The notes beneath the pieces are model-generated. The model did not search any database and was not told the origin of the DNA. It saw nothing but the letters and a program-made list of their open reading frames with translations. From the human T2T-CHM13v2.0 reference genome, Homo sapiens, in assembly GCF_009914755.1 (NCBI RefSeq), contig NC_060934.1: a stretch of 64,000 nt of DNA. One strand, given 5' to 3'. The translations under genes were made by a program, and so were the position numbers. Each line of letters starts with the position of its first letter. The stretch's first letter is position 1. Of the stretch, positions 11,961 to 30,599 are shown one piece after another.

Positions 11961-12859
11961 TACAGGTTATTCAGGCTCCTGAATTCTGTGATTGCTTTTT
12001 TTTTTTTTCTAGAGCAAAGTTCCATAAAGAGCAGATGGAGAGGTGTTGATTAGCAATCAATTAATTAGTTGATATTTATTGGACCCTTAACTCTGTGTCA
12101 GGTATGGCTCTAAGGGCTTGTAAAAGCATCAAATCAATTTATCCAGGCCTCATACTGCCCACTCCAGCATGTACTATTATATTATTAGCCCATTTTATAG
12201 ATGAGGAACCTGAGGAATAGCAGTGTTGAATCACTTGCCCGACGTTGTATTTCTTGAGTATAATTGTAGGTATTAGACGGGGTTCTGAAACAGGGCAAGG
12301 ATGCAATTGAAATAAAGAAGGAAACAGATACCTGTCACAAGTCACTGGATACAGCTGAGCTTCTATCAACACAACTCAAGTGTGTGCATCTGGTACCTGT
12401 CAAGTTAGAGAAATTGGTTGTTGTACAACATGACCTCATAATCAAAATATTGTATCAGAGTGCCTGCTGGTAGCAGATATCCAAACTTCTCTTGTCTCTT
12501 GTTCAAGATCAATTGTCTCCTAGCTCATTTGATTCAGTTTGGAGATCATTTGGTTCCATGGACAACCTCTATTGGTGTTATATCTGGGGAAGTGCTTGCC
12601 TTGGTCCTGGACTTGATACCACTAAAGCTGATAATGAGAACAGAGTAGGGTTCTATTAGGTGAGAGCAAGGGTTCAGATGGGAGCATGTTAGGAAGCCCC
12701 CCATCTCTTCCAGCACTTGCCTCATCCAGCCTTAGCTGGAGCTGCAGATGCACCTGCTGGTGACACTCAAGCACCACCCGGTGTGGCCTGCAAGGCCCTG
12801 TCAGGGTGGGCTCTCCTTCCTGTCTTGCCAGCATCGTCACACAGCTATGCCCTGTGTTC

Positions 12860-13285
12860 ATCTGGCAGTGGCATGCTAGCTGCATTTCCAGGCTCAGCTA
12901 TGTCTCCTCCTGCCTCAGAGCCTCTGCATGCATGTGCTCCTGCCGGGAATTTTCTTGCCCCGGTTCTTCCTGTGGCTGGCTCCCTGCCATCCTCCTCCCT
13001 GCCATCCTCTGCTCTATTCAAGTGTCACCTTCTTAGACGTGCCTTTCCTTATAGCCCCCGAGTGATGGCCTCTCCTCCCCAAGTCACACTCTACACTTGC
13101 TTTATTTTCTTCTTACCTTGTATTGAAATTTGAAATTGTCAAGTTCACTGATTTACTTGTTTATGATTTGTCACCTTTCACTAAAATGTAGGCTCCATGA
13201 AGGCAGAGCCCTACCTCTCCTATTTACTGGTCTATGCTCAAGTCCAGGAATAGTATTTTCTCAATAAATATTTAATGAATTGACA
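12860..13285 (+). mobile_element. L2 3' end
   Basis: tcaagtgtcaccttct, ggctccatgaaggcagag, ctcaataaatatttaatgaat. Confidence 0.7.
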
Positions 13286-13384
13286 GATGAACTGGTGATG
13301 AAGGTTCTAGTTAAAAAACAAAAAAGAAAAGTGGTATTTTGGTAAAAAAAACAAAACAAAATGAAACAAAATAACACAAACAAC

Positions 13385-13480
13385 TCTGATTTGTAGTGTT
13401 GGCCAATTTCCATGGTGTAAATATTCTTATCATAGTCATTAGTAGCTTCAAATTTACACCACAGAAATCAGACAATACTA
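13385..13480. mobile_element. MER63-like hAT MITE fragment
   Basis: gatttgtagtgttggccaatttccatggtgtaaatat resembles the recalled MER63 core. Confidence 0.5.
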
Positions 13481-13583
13481 CAGCATGCAGTTATTTTCTG
13501 TTTGTATTAACAGTTGGGGCCTATTAAACTAGCAGATTTAGGCAAAATGGTGATGTGAGTTTATCCAGGCTGGTGGGGATTTA

Positions 13584-13793
<210 letters not shown>

Positions 13794-13799
13794 TCAAGA

Positions 13800-14450
13800 A
13801 AAACCAATGTAAAGCATTTCCTGTCATGCTTTCTGTAAGCATTTCATGTAGATGATGTCTTCCAATCTCCCAGGACTCTAGGAGTGAGATATTCTCATTC
13901 TCATTTTATAGGTGAGTTACTGAGATTCAGAGAGGCTAGTAACATGCACGTGTTCACATGGTTGGTTAGGAATGATACTGGGATCTCTTTGGAAGCCTTG
14001 ATACTGGTCCAGTTGATGAAATACTCCCTGGTCTGCCCATATTTATAAAATTTTTATGAGACCTAGATGCTACAGGAGGCCTTCCTCCAACTCCCAGGTA
14101 AAGCTATGTGATTTGATTCCATGCTCCAGTTCCAGGGTCCATGAAATTTCTGCTGAGAGGCACAGTTCATCCTGTTAGGCCATGGAGTGTGGTGGGATGG
14201 TGGGCAGGTTTGCAAGTGCTGGGGTTATACTGTCTAGGTTTCGAGGCTGATTTCTGACTTACAAGCTGAGTGGTGTTAGGTGAGATTCTCAATGGCTTGG
14301 CAGCCTCAGTTTTCTCATTAGTTATATTAAGATAACATTGGCTTCTCCCTCTTAGGATTGGTGTGAGAATGACAGACGTGATTGCATATAAAGTGAATAG
14401 CAGTGCCTTTCCTAGACTAACTGCTCAATACATCTAAGCTACTATTTTAT
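13800..14450. mobile_element. Two MIR remnants (about 13800-13990 and 14230-14450)
   Basis: cattttataggtgagttactgagattcagagagg and cctcagttttctcatt core motifs, in opposite orientations. Confidence 0.6.
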
Positions 14451-15152
14451 TAGAGAATACGCTTTATAGCTTTATTGTGTTCTTGGGCTTTCATCCTAAC
14501 TGTATGCTTTCTTCAAAATAAAAAAGTTGCCAAATAATTTTTTTTTCATTTTTTTGTATTGCGTCAATGAACCTCAAGTGAAACCTCTTTTCTTTCCATA
14601 TAAACCAAGACTGATCTCAGAGACAAGCACCACTGTGGTATATATGTCAGTATCCAAAAGGATTTAGACCATTTGGAAACTCTTTGGAAAGCCCTGTTGG
14701 AAATACGAAGATGTTGTGGGGCTGTCACTTTAACCCCCGATTCTCAAGAGAATCTTGCGAAGAGTGTCTCTTCTATGGATTTGCAGGGGGTAGGACCATT
14801 GCATGGTCTGCATATCTGTTTTTTCCTACATTTCAAAACACAAGGTGCTCTTGTTGTCTCTGTCCTACCAGTGAGGAAGCAGAGGCTTGGTGAAGAGAAA
14901 GTAACTTGCTCAAAATCTCATGGCTGCACAGTAAGGGAATTGCTGTGACATGAGACCACGTGCAACCCATGCTTAGACCCAAGGCCCACAGTGCAGAGCC
15001 TCTCTGTTAGGTAAATGCTTGCTAGGTGCTTAAAAGGCTGAGTGATTTGTATGTTTGCCAGATCTCTCTTTTGGTCTCATGAACCAATCCCAGAAATATG
15101 CATTACTCTCTAGTGATATTTTTTTGTTGTTTTTAGTGGGTAAAGGACTTTA

Positions 15153-17365
<2,213 letters not shown>

Positions 17366-18466
17366 GTTTAGTGATACTTTGTTAAGAAGATATATTGCTT
17401 TGTTTTCTTTATTTGCCAAGTTTTAAACACCAAAATTAAACTGCAATAATACATTTTTGAGAATTTGAGGAAAATTTGTTTTATTTTCATACGTGATGGT
17501 CTTTGGAAAAGGACCAACTCAATGCCTAGCTTCAAATTTGAAGAAGATAAGCAGGATGCTTGGTGAACTATAAAAAAGTGCTTGGATCCAGCTGAGTTAC
17601 AAGCATGTCTGTCTTCTAAATAGCTTTGGTTAGCTCACAGAGGTGTAAACTCAGTCCTAACAATGGGTGTTGGTTGCCCCTTTGAAATAGCACCATTTCT
17701 CCTGACCTCTGCACATTTGGCTTCATCTTCAAGGACAGAAAATCCTGGAAATCCCAGCGTTGTCTGGCTTCCTTTCTCACTAACCTATCCAGGCTTTTCA
17801 GAAATCCCTCTGCATCGTTCTAAACAGGAAGTTTTGGTAGGCAGTTTTACAAATGGCCCTGTATTATGCAGGATGTCACCTATTGTTATTGGAACAAAGA
17901 TATTCTGAAATATGGACAAAGGCTTCCAATCTGCCGGGGTCCTGGACCCTTCAGTAGCCTCTCACTGTATCTGGGAAGTGATTGAGTGAATTGGGTCACT
18001 CCAAGAATATACCTAAGCTTCAGAAACTCTGCTATTATTAGGATGCCAAAGTGGAGCTACACACAGCACATGCAGTTCACATTTATAGTACTTCTGTTTC
18101 CCAATTTGCTCTGTCTAAATACAACACAGTCACTTTCCAAATAAATGGGGTTACCTACATCTGTATACATAAATGAAAAAAAATGACTGGGGATGATCCA
18201 TATCTCTGTTCTACTGTTAAAGTATTAGGAAAAAAACAAAACATTTATGAATCAAAAGTGCTACTAAAGTTTCTCTTTTGAAAGACTATGCATAAATCAT
18301 GCACTTCTCAAACTTTTAAGACCTACATCTGCAAGAGCATATATATATAATATTATGTTAAAAAGAAATACTTTCTTATAATAGACTAACTGGCATAGTC
18401 AGAAGCTGATTGAGGGGTTTAATTTAGCTGCAAATTTCACTGATGGCTTCTCATTACCAAGTGCAG

Positions 18467-18924
18467 GAATTTCAGAGTGCAGAATATAGAACAATACACT
18501 CTGTTTATAAAGTAAAGCTTACACCCACCAGAAACAGAATTGCATTTAGCAGTATTTTACTTTATCTTAAAAGTAAAATTACTAAAATTGTTTTCCAAAT
18601 GTTATTTGAGATTATGGATGAAAGAAAACGTGGTCATCGTAAGTTCTCTCCTCTTGTTTCTCAGTGCTGCAGTCCACTGTACACATCAACTATTTAAGAA
18701 TTTCAGAGTGCAGAATATAGAACAATATACTCTGTTTATAAAGTAAAGCTTACACCCACTGAAACAGAATGGCATTTAGCAGTATTTTGCTTTATCTTAA
18801 AAGTAAAATTACTAAAATCGTTTTCCAAATGTTATTTGAGATGATGGCTAGAAGAAAATGTGGTCACTTAAGTTCTCTTCCTCTTGTTTCTCAGTGCTGA
18901 GTCCACTGTACACGTCAACTATTT
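18467..18924. repeat. Tandem duplication, 2 x about 230 bp
   Basis: gaatttcagagtgcagaatatagaac...caactattt at 18467 and 18698. Confidence 0.95.
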
Positions 18925-19063
18925 CACACACACCCATTTTTCTCCCTCAATCCACCTTTCCCCTTTGACATTTGGATCATAGCTATCGTAATGTGTGCTG
19001 AATTATTTGTTGGGATCATTGGATTATGCCTTGCTGGACAAAATAATTCAAGTTAATTCATAG

Positions 19064-19398
<335 letters not shown>

Positions 19399-19657
19399 TA
19401 GCAGTGACAAATATTTACTCCCTCTTTCTTTTCCTCTCACCTAGTAAGATCTTTTTCTCCATCACGTAACACACGCCCTGTGCTTTGGTACCTGCACATC
19501 CCCATTTCTTTGGCTGCCTTAGGAGACATGTTCCATCCTCGTCCATTAACCCCTCCCTACCGAAAGGATGTTTCCCAGCAGCCTCCACTTTGATATGATA
19601 TTCTGGTGTTGCTCTAGACAAGGATACACTTGGGATAGGTTAGAAACATTCCTTTCT

Positions 19658-19985
19658 GGCTGGGCACAGTGGCTAATGCCTGTAATCCCAGAACTTTGGG
19701 AGGCTGAGGTGGGCGGATCACCTGAGGTCGGGAGTTTGAGACCAGCCTTGCCTACATGGCGAAACCCTGTCTCTACTGAAAATACAAAAATTAGCTGGAC
19801 GTGGTGGTGTGTGCTTGTTGTCCCAGCTACTCGGGAGGCTGAGGCTGAGACAGGCTGAGGCACTTGAACCTGGGTGGTGGAGATTGCAGTGAGTCAAGAT
19901 TGCGCCATTGCACTCCAACCTGGGAGACCAGAGTGAAACTCCATCTCAAAAAAGAAAAGGAAAGAAAAGAAAAGAGAAGAAAAGA
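19658..19985 (+). mobile_element. AluS
   Basis: dimeric Alu, (GAAAA)n tail, TSD aaa(ca/tg)ttccttt. Confidence 0.95.
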
Positions 19986-20514
19986 AAATGTTCCTTTTTC
20001 TGAACAACCTCCTCCCTCTCTGTATGTAGATGAACCCCCATCTTGAACTAGGCACCTCATATTCTCTAAGTCATAGGGTCTGTGTGGATTCATGCCACCT
20101 AGAACTGATGGCTGATATGGCGATTTCATCTTGTTAGTACACAGCTCTCACCTGCTATTTTTGCTTAAAGAGAAAACTACCCAGCGTTATCAGCCTGAGT
20201 ACAAAAAAAATTAATGTGCTATAAAAATACACATTGACTACTTGACAAATCCACGTGTTTCTGGTGTTATTTCAGTTGCATTGCATAAGGATTTAATTAG
20301 AAGACCCTTACAAGAACTAAAAGTTATTTCAAAAATAAGGTATTAATTTTCTGTCACGAAATTAAGAAGTGATGGATAAATGGATAAGAGGCAGTTTGCA
20401 TGATTGATATTGACCCTTTGTGAATATAGCCTGCAGTTTTTGTTTTTATATGATTTCTACAACATGCTATTTCAAAAAATTGTGGAGCAGTAGTCAGGAA
20501 TCTTAGAATGATAA

Positions 20515-20834
<320 letters not shown>

Positions 20835-21585
20835 ATCATGTTAGAATAAACCAAAGGGGCTCAGGTAAGGTAGCAGCCCCAGGAGTGGGCTGTCCTTAGG
20901 TACTGCCAAACCCAGGAGCTCGATAATATTACTGGAATTCTGTTTTTCAGTGTGTGTCTTGCAATTCTGCTTCACATAATGCTGGCTTCATCTTCAGACG
21001 TGCTTTCTCTGTATGGTAGAAAAGGCAGCCTCTGCAAAGTTCCTGGATCTCAAGAAAAGATGATTTCCTGGTTTCTTACCAATCCTCACCCATTTTAGGG
21101 CATTTATCTGTCCAGGCTGGGTCACTGGCTGACCTGTGGGTATGGAAGTGCACCTGCCGAGGTGAAGCACTAGTGCTTGGCTGCTGGAATAACAGGCTGA
21201 TATCTAAGGCTGAGGAATGGTGCCCCTTGCACCGTAAGGAAGAGGAAACCAGCCACGTCCCACAGCTGGTTGTTGTTTGTAACAATCGTGGAAACTCAGT
21301 GTTCATCTCAGTTCTGCTGTGTGTTTGTGGGAGTCTTGGAATGATTATTCTGAACTATTTCACGGCATAGACTTGGGATGTCCAGACCGTGGCTGCCCTG
21401 CCCTGCACACTTCTATGTATTTATTAAGAATTTTCCAAGGAGTACTGCCACGTTGTGATCTTTTAGTCTTATCTAAGGCAGAAAGCAAGAAGCTGAGAGG
21501 GTGGGCTTGGATGCAGAACCCCCAACTTGATCATTTTCTGTGGGTTCTTGAGGGATGCATGGAGAGAGGCCACTCCAGAAATGGT

Positions 21586-21846
21586 TTCTTTTTATTTATT
21601 TATTTATTTCTTTATTTTTTCTGCAATCTCTGCCTCCGGGTTTAAGTGATCCTCCTGCCTCAGCCTCCTGAGTAGTTGGGATTACAGGTGCATGCCACCA
21701 TGCTCAGTTAATTTTTTTGTTCTTTTAGTAGAGATAGGATTTCACCATGTTGGCCAGGCTGGTCTCAAACCCCTGACCTCAGACAACCTGCCCACCTCAG
21801 CCTCTCAAAGTGTTGGAATTATAGGTTTGAGCCACAATGCCCAGCT
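21586..21846 (-). mobile_element. AluS with a deletion near its 3' end
   Basis: tail joins directly to ctgcaatctctgcctcc. Confidence 0.9.
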
Positions 21847-21848
21847 GG

Positions 21849-22058
<210 letters not shown>

Positions 22059-22777
22059 CTGTTGAGAGCTTTGGGCTCAAACCCAAATGTGCTCCCTTGA
22101 TGAGCTGGGTGGGGCTTGTGTCAACATTTCCAACCCTTTCTTCCTACCTGCCTGGCACCTCATTCCAAAACCCCTATTTTATTCTTGGTCTTTCAGGTAT
22201 TAATGACCTCACATTGATAAGAATTCCTCAAGGAAGGAAAGGGAAGGGCACTGCTCAAATGGCTTGTTCTTCCCCCCAGCCCAAGCTTCTGTCTCTAATA
22301 TCATGGAATCTCCAAATACGGTCTCCACATAGTTGTTCTTGACTATCCCATGTCAGAGTAGAGCGGGATGACTCAATTTTGTCTAGAGTTTAGGCTGAGC
22401 CACTAATAGAATCCAACACAGGCAAGGCAAAGGTTGTGGTAATTAACATGGAGTGTGGTGACCACAGAAAGAATTGATGGAAGCATGTGAGGAAATGTGT
22501 CATCCGGAAAAGCAGCAGCTCAGCTCCTGGGGCCCAGTGTGGACTTGCCTTCAGGAGGTGATGATGTCGCTTTTGACCTGTGGGTCAGAGTAAAAATTGT
22601 GTAAAGTCAGTTCCCAGTGTACAAACTGATGGATGTTAAAGGTTAATTTGTAAATAACTTTATATTTCTATGGGGAAAAAGCTTCCTAAGTTCCATGTAG
22701 GTTCTTGGGCCACTGTTTATGATAGAATTATAATACCAGATACTCAAAATGTCAAATGTCAGACAAAAATATTATGA

Positions 22778-23115
<338 letters not shown>

Positions 23116-23820
23116 TAAGATATAATTTAAATACCAAATAAAGGCATGCTATGTGTTTCATTTAATGTCCAATTAAATGGAGTCAAATCTCACCCTCATG
23201 TCAAATTATCCTTCAGCCTATGTGCTGGGACAAAGGTTTTCATGACTGTAATCACCACAAGGCCTTCCTGTGTTGTACATGCAGATGGCCACAGCCTCAC
23301 AGTCTAGTAGAAAAGTCTACCCGAAGCCTCTGAGAGGCCCAACATAATCAGGGACCACAGGAAACAGTAGAGCAATAGCAATGAAAAGGGGACGGAGTGC
23401 TGTGGGGTTCAGCCAGTGAAATGTGAAGAAACTCCAGGTCCTAGAATGTGGAATCCAGGAGAGCCACAGGCTTGCAGTCAGAGTTCGAGGGCCAGGCCGA
23501 CTAAGAACTGGAGAGGCTGGGATTCACCGGGAGGCATGGGATGGAAGGGGTTGTCACCACACAGGAGCCAGGAACCCAGAGACAGGCAGCTGCAATGCAG
23601 AAAGAGGAAAAGACATCTTTTGAGGAAGCAAGCAAAAAATAATTCTGAATTAGTTTATACTGGTCCAGAGGTTTGTTTTAGTGCCAGCAATGGAGATATC
23701 AGTAAAAACTGAATCCTAATTATAATATTTTTAATGGAATAAATGCATTTTATCAACTTGAATTACTTATCTCCTTATTTTATATTATTATATATTACAA
23801 ATATATGATTTTTATATATC

Positions 23821-24078
23821 TTTTTTTTTTTTGAGACAGAGTCTCACTCTGTTGCCCAGGCTGGAGTGCACTGACGTGGTCTCCACTCACTGAAACCTCC
23901 ACCTCCTGCGTTCAAGTGATTCTCCTGCCTGAGCCTCCCGAGTAGCTGGGACTACAGGTGCAATGCCACCATGCCTGGCTAATTTTTTTTTTTTTTGTAT
24001 TTTTAGTAGAGACGGGGTTTCACCATATTAGCCAGGATGGTCTCGATCTCCTGACCTTGTGATCTGCCCGCCTTGGCC
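23821..24078 (-). mobile_element. 5'-truncated AluSc/Y-like
   Basis: ttagccaggatggtctcgatctcctgaccttgtgatc; flanked by tatatatc. Confidence 0.9.
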
Positions 24079-25530
24079 ATATATATCTTATTATATATGT
24101 ATATATACTCTCCAGTCTGAGTTCTTCTCCTTCCTTTATAATTCTTACATACGTGGTGTACATTCCAGAGAGCTTCATGAATGAAAACCATCTGAAATGT
24201 GTCACGGAATAATTATAAATATGGATACATGGAGAGGAATGTGGTAGAGCAAGACACTTTGAATCATCCACAATTCCCTCCACAACTGTCTTTTTTCCCA
24301 AGCTCTTTCAAATCTCAGATCATACCACTAAGAGGCTGTTACTGGTGGTGTTGTTCTTTGTGGTAGACAAAGAGGTATTGGCCACCTGCTGTTCTGTGCA
24401 CTTTGCATGAATTCTGTAATTTTAAAGCGATCATCACGAGGAGGTGGATATGACCCCTGCTGTTAGGAGAGGAGGCATTGGGGCTGTTTTACATCACTCC
24501 TTTTATCCCAAAACTTTGTGGTTTTGGTAACGAGATAGGATGGCTTACCTTCCTTTTAACAAAGAAGATCTCCAGAATTAATATGTCTGAGGCACCATTG
24601 GCACATTTAGGTGGAAAGAGATTTGAAATAGTAATACATTGCCAAAATTGCCTGAAACATCACATCATCTTTTTCAAAGAAATAACAGTTTCCCAAAACC
24701 GTTACCCTCCCAACCTCGCCCCCCTCCCATTGCAGCATATTCTAAATTATTCCCACGGGTGGGCCTTCATTTTGAGAATGGACGTGATGCAATGTGCTAC
24801 ATTCTTGGAATTGGCAGCAGAAGAAAATTCTCAGAGTTTTCAGTGCTGGGAGCATAGATAAGGTGGCCAGTAGGCAGGGATTTCCCAACACGATTCATTC
24901 CTCACGAAAACCCTGAGTGCATGTCAACAAGCTCTTTTTCTAGATGTGGGCATCTCTGTCTTTGCTTTTTAAAATTCTTGTGGGTGAGAAGAAAATTCAC
25001 CTGGCAAAGCTGCAGCTGGGCCCTCTGACGGCAGTCAGCAAAGACGCCTCCCTGACCTGGCGGTGTGTCTGAGCTCGTATTTTCCTTCCCGCATCTGTAA
25101 AGTGGTAGGTGACTGTAAAGATGATGATAAGCTTCGGAGCAGTTAGCACACTAACTGTAAAATTCCTGGGTGATGAAGGTGCCAGCAACCAAAGCAGGTG
25201 ATTTTTGTCTCCTGGGATTCCCTTCAGCAGCAGGGCTGGCTCAGTTATGCTGGGTGCTTAGAGCACATGGTGGCCTGCCCACTGCCCGCACCTGGTGAAG
25301 AATGTAGAGCATCCCGCACCAGCATAGAAGATCTGCAAAGAAACTCTCTACTTCATGCTACAGAATATTTAGCAAGTCAGTGGAAATAGCGATGCCAACC
25401 TATAAAGTACAGGAAAGGTGTTAAAAGAACGTGTAAGATTTAAGTACATTCTCTACATTCATATATTTATCTATTAATCAAAGCCCCAAATAGGTCATAA
25501 CTTAGTTATTTTAAAATAACTTGTTTTTAG

Positions 25531-25830
25531 GGCCGGGTGTGGTGACCCACTCCTGAAATCCCAGCACTTCAGGAGGCCAAGGCAAGAGGATCACTTGAGG
25601 TTAGGAGTTCGAGACCAGCCTGGCCAACATGGCAAAAACCCATCTCTACTAAAAATACAAAAATTAGCCAGGCGTAGTGGCACTTGCTTGTAGTCCCAGC
25701 TACTCGGGAGGCGGAGGCAGAAGAATCATTTGAACCCAGGAGGTAGAAGCTTCAATGAGCCAAGATGGTGCCACTGCACTCCATCCTGGGAGACAGAGCA
25801 AGACTCTGTCTCAAAACAAAACCCCCCAAA
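25531..25830 (+). mobile_element. AluS
   Basis: dimeric Alu starting ggccgggtgtggtg. Confidence 0.95.
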
Positions 25831-26086
25831 ACACCATCGATTTTAGTTGATTTTAAAATACAGAGGCTTATAAAGAAGTGTGATTTTGATTGCACCAAGA
25901 TAACTTGGACTGACTTTTTTTCATGGTTAACAATAAGTGACCTTCACATAGAACATTTAAGCAGACTAGACAGCTATAAAATAAACTTTTCCCTTCATCA
26001 CATTCTTCCCCCAAAATTGTTGCTTTTTCTTGATTATTTTTCCAGAAAAATAAACACATACCTCAGCCTGTATGTGCACATTTAAA

Positions 26087-26121
26087 CCCACACACACGCA
26101 CGCACACACACACAGACACAC
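26087..26121. repeat. Imperfect (CA)n microsatellite
   Basis: cacacacacgcacgcacacacacacagacacac. Confidence 0.85.
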
Positions 26122-26957
26122 TATACTATTTTAAGTCCAGCAATATCTGGTGATAACCACCCATCTTCATAGAGCTGGCCCAGTGCCTGGCTGTTCCACA
26201 TCCCGTGCAAGCATCATTAACTGTGCACATAATAGCATATAAGGTGCATTTTGGTCTGGGTTTATGTTATCTGCTTATCTGCATTTCAACAGAAAAAGTT
26301 TTGTCTTGCTTTTGCCCTGATTCCTTTATGTTTTAACTGAGTTTACAATGAAAAAATACAAATATATAAATAAATATATGACACTTATTATGCTCAGAGA
26401 CTAAAGCAGTTATTAAGAGAATTGTAAGAGAAACTACCAAAATACACAACAGCAAAATAAAGGACTAGTAAATATATATTTATAGCTTTTAATACTTAAA
26501 TTGTCTCCATGAGAGACTGTCAACTTGACTGTAACTAGATTCCATGTGTATTTTATATGTTATTACACATATTGAAAAGATATATCACAATGACATTTAA
26601 AATTGATGAATGCAATTTACCCAACTGTTGACTTCACAGTCACTCTACGTGGCGCTCTGGATGACACAAAGATAAGACACTGGAGTTCTGAAGGATGTTA
26701 CTCTAAATGGAGAAAAGAATACCTGCAGAAAAATGGCAATCATGCATTATAAATATAGCAAATGGCTTGCTACTAGTCAAAATAAAGGGCTTTTTATAGT
26801 CTGTAGATTCCCAAGTAAATATAGAAATCCTGCCTCCTTTCAAGTGACAGACTGTTTGATAGAAAGTCAACTTGTTGGGTGGAATGAGCTGGGACCAGGA
26901 GAAGGAGAAAGGGAGGGGTGAGAAAGAGTAGAAGGCTCATTTTAAAAATCATGTCTG

Positions 26958-27327
<370 letters not shown>

Positions 27328-28094
27328 CTACATTAAAAGAAATGAGACTTTGATTTGATTGGATCTATCTAGGAAGAACTGCATAAATTATGAATCATGA
27401 TTGATTAATTCATGTTGAAATAGTTTGGCAAAAATATTTCTTTCTTGGGGTAGGAAAGACATATCGGCTTAGTCCTAAAGAGAATGAGCTCTTCCCCTAC
27501 TTCATTTCATATTTTCTCAACTAACTTTTATTGAACACAATTATGCACTAAATATCATCCTAGGTGCTGTAAGGAACCAAATGAGGCCTGTTTTTGTGCA
27601 CAGGACATTTACAAGCCTGCAGAAGGAAATGTGTAAACATGACCTATATCCACAGTGCAGGAGGAAGCTGTTGTAGAAGGAAATTCCATGACTGAAAGGA
27701 AGTCTTCGAGTACTTGGGATGGGGAGAGCCTTTGGGAGCTGGGGGATGGCATCTATGAGTGCTAGGCTTGGTATCAAGCCTCGCTTTTCCTGACACTATA
27801 TGCTAGGAAGGCCTGCGTAACCAGGGTGGCCGAGGAACGGTGAGAATCTCATGAGGGCCGGAATCCAAAGGCAGCAACATGCTTGGAGGCTAAAAGGAGG
27901 CTAATGCCTCCATTCCAGGGGAGGCTCAGGAAAGATGCCCTTGCACCTATGACATTTGGCAAGAGCCCTGGAGGCTGAGCTGGAAGGGGGTGGCATCAGA
28001 GCTTGAAGAAACAGCCTGAAGAAACTGAGCCATGAGTTATGAGCCTGATACACCTGCCAAGGAATGGCAGGTGGGAGAAGAAGCAGGAAGGCGC

Positions 28095-29055
<961 letters not shown>

Positions 29056-30488
29056 TGAGGAGAGTAGGTTTTGGGTTCAATTGTGGAGCCCCCAGCAGCA
29101 TGCCTGGCCCTTTCCTCCAAGCACTCGGAGTCATGCCACTTCACTCGCTCCTCCTGGGCCGGCCGGCTCAGATGAGAGGGAAGATGAACGTCTGTCTTAG
29201 CTTTGCCAGGTGGCGATCCTTGAGCTCTTCTTGTGAGAAAGCAGCCAAGAAATAAGACTGAAGCATTCTACATTTAACAGATTGGACCCCTCGTAAATTG
29301 TACCACCCAAAGCACAGCTTTCTCCTGTATTTTGTGATATGGAAAGCTGTGTCACATCCTGAGAGTCATTCCCGCAGCCCTGGCTGGACTCGTTCCTGCC
29401 TACAACTCTCTCATCCTGTCCGGCATTGGTGCAGGGTGTCTCGAGGCTGAGATTCCATCACTTCCACATCTGTGTCTTCACCCTCTGTCCACAGGCCACG
29501 CACCCAGTAAGGGGAAGTGAGGCAGACTGGCTGTGAACCTGGGGATGCCACCAAAACCAGGTAACAGACCAAGTCACCCTTCAGACAGGCAGTAAAGAGC
29601 TGGCTCTACTGTGTGCCTTTCCTGCTGTGGGGCACAAATCCCCATGACCTTTGGCAATACCCAGCTTTGCAAATTTAACCATGATAGATAATTTCCCTCT
29701 AAAATGCAACAAAGTATAACTGAAAATGTAACTGGCCTCCTCGCATCATTAATGTTCTTATGCAAAAGGAATTAGGTGATTTACAAAGCTCTGAAAATAC
29801 AGTCCAGCCAGAGCACTTGCCAGAAGCGTTCACAATTCACCGTCGCTTGCTCGTGTGCACATCTTGCCATGCGACACCCAAGCCACACGCAGGAATCACG
29901 GTCCATCTCAGGAGCTCATTGTTCAGTTCCTCTGGATGCTCTTCATTCTGTCTAAACTGGAATATTACCATAAGTTTATAGTAGAAAAACGTGATGATTT
30001 TATAATAACGAGCTCAATCGTCTCATAGTTGTCCAGTGGTTTCATGGCACCAGGCGGGGCACAGGGACGGGGTGCAGGAGGGGCCCTGCCGGCTGTCACA
30101 CCTGCCATGCAGGTGGGCTTCACAAACCTCCAGGAGCCTCTTCTCTCCCAGACTTTCGGGGAAGAGCAGCTTCTGGGCTCATGTAGGGCCCTGCACTTTC
30201 ATTCTGGGGGCACTGACAAATACAAACAGAATTCAGGTGAGTGATACAAAGGAAATGGATAAAGCATTTGGTGGGGAGAGAGGTGTGGAGGCTCCTTTGG
30301 TTTGAAAGATTAAGACTCAATCTCACGTCTCCAAGGAGGAGAAATTCTACATGAGAAGTAAACATTGGGAGCGCCAGGCATGGGAGGCCTGTGGCAAGGG
30401 CTGGGGGCAGGGGAAGCTGGCGCCAGAGGGGGCCAGAGGGCACCTGGTGTGTTTCAGGGCAGTTGAAGGCGTAAGGTCAGGATGGGCA

Positions 30489-30599
30489 GGGCATGGGCAG
30501 AGGGGAGGGGTGACGGGGGGCATGGGCAGAGGGGAGGGGTGGGGGGGCATGGGCAGAGGGGAGGGTGGGGGGGCATGGGCAGAGGGGAGGGGTGAGGGA
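30489..30599. repeat. G-rich minisatellite, 4 x 26-29 bp
   Basis: catgggcagaggggagggg recurs at 30492, 30521, 30548 and 30574. Confidence 0.9.

Noticed and set aside
29495-29560. 66-nt + strand exon candidate (ctctgtccacag|...CAG|gtaaca)
   Set aside because: Stops in all three frames and the acceptor region resembles a decayed L2 3' end; most likely a pseudo-exon.
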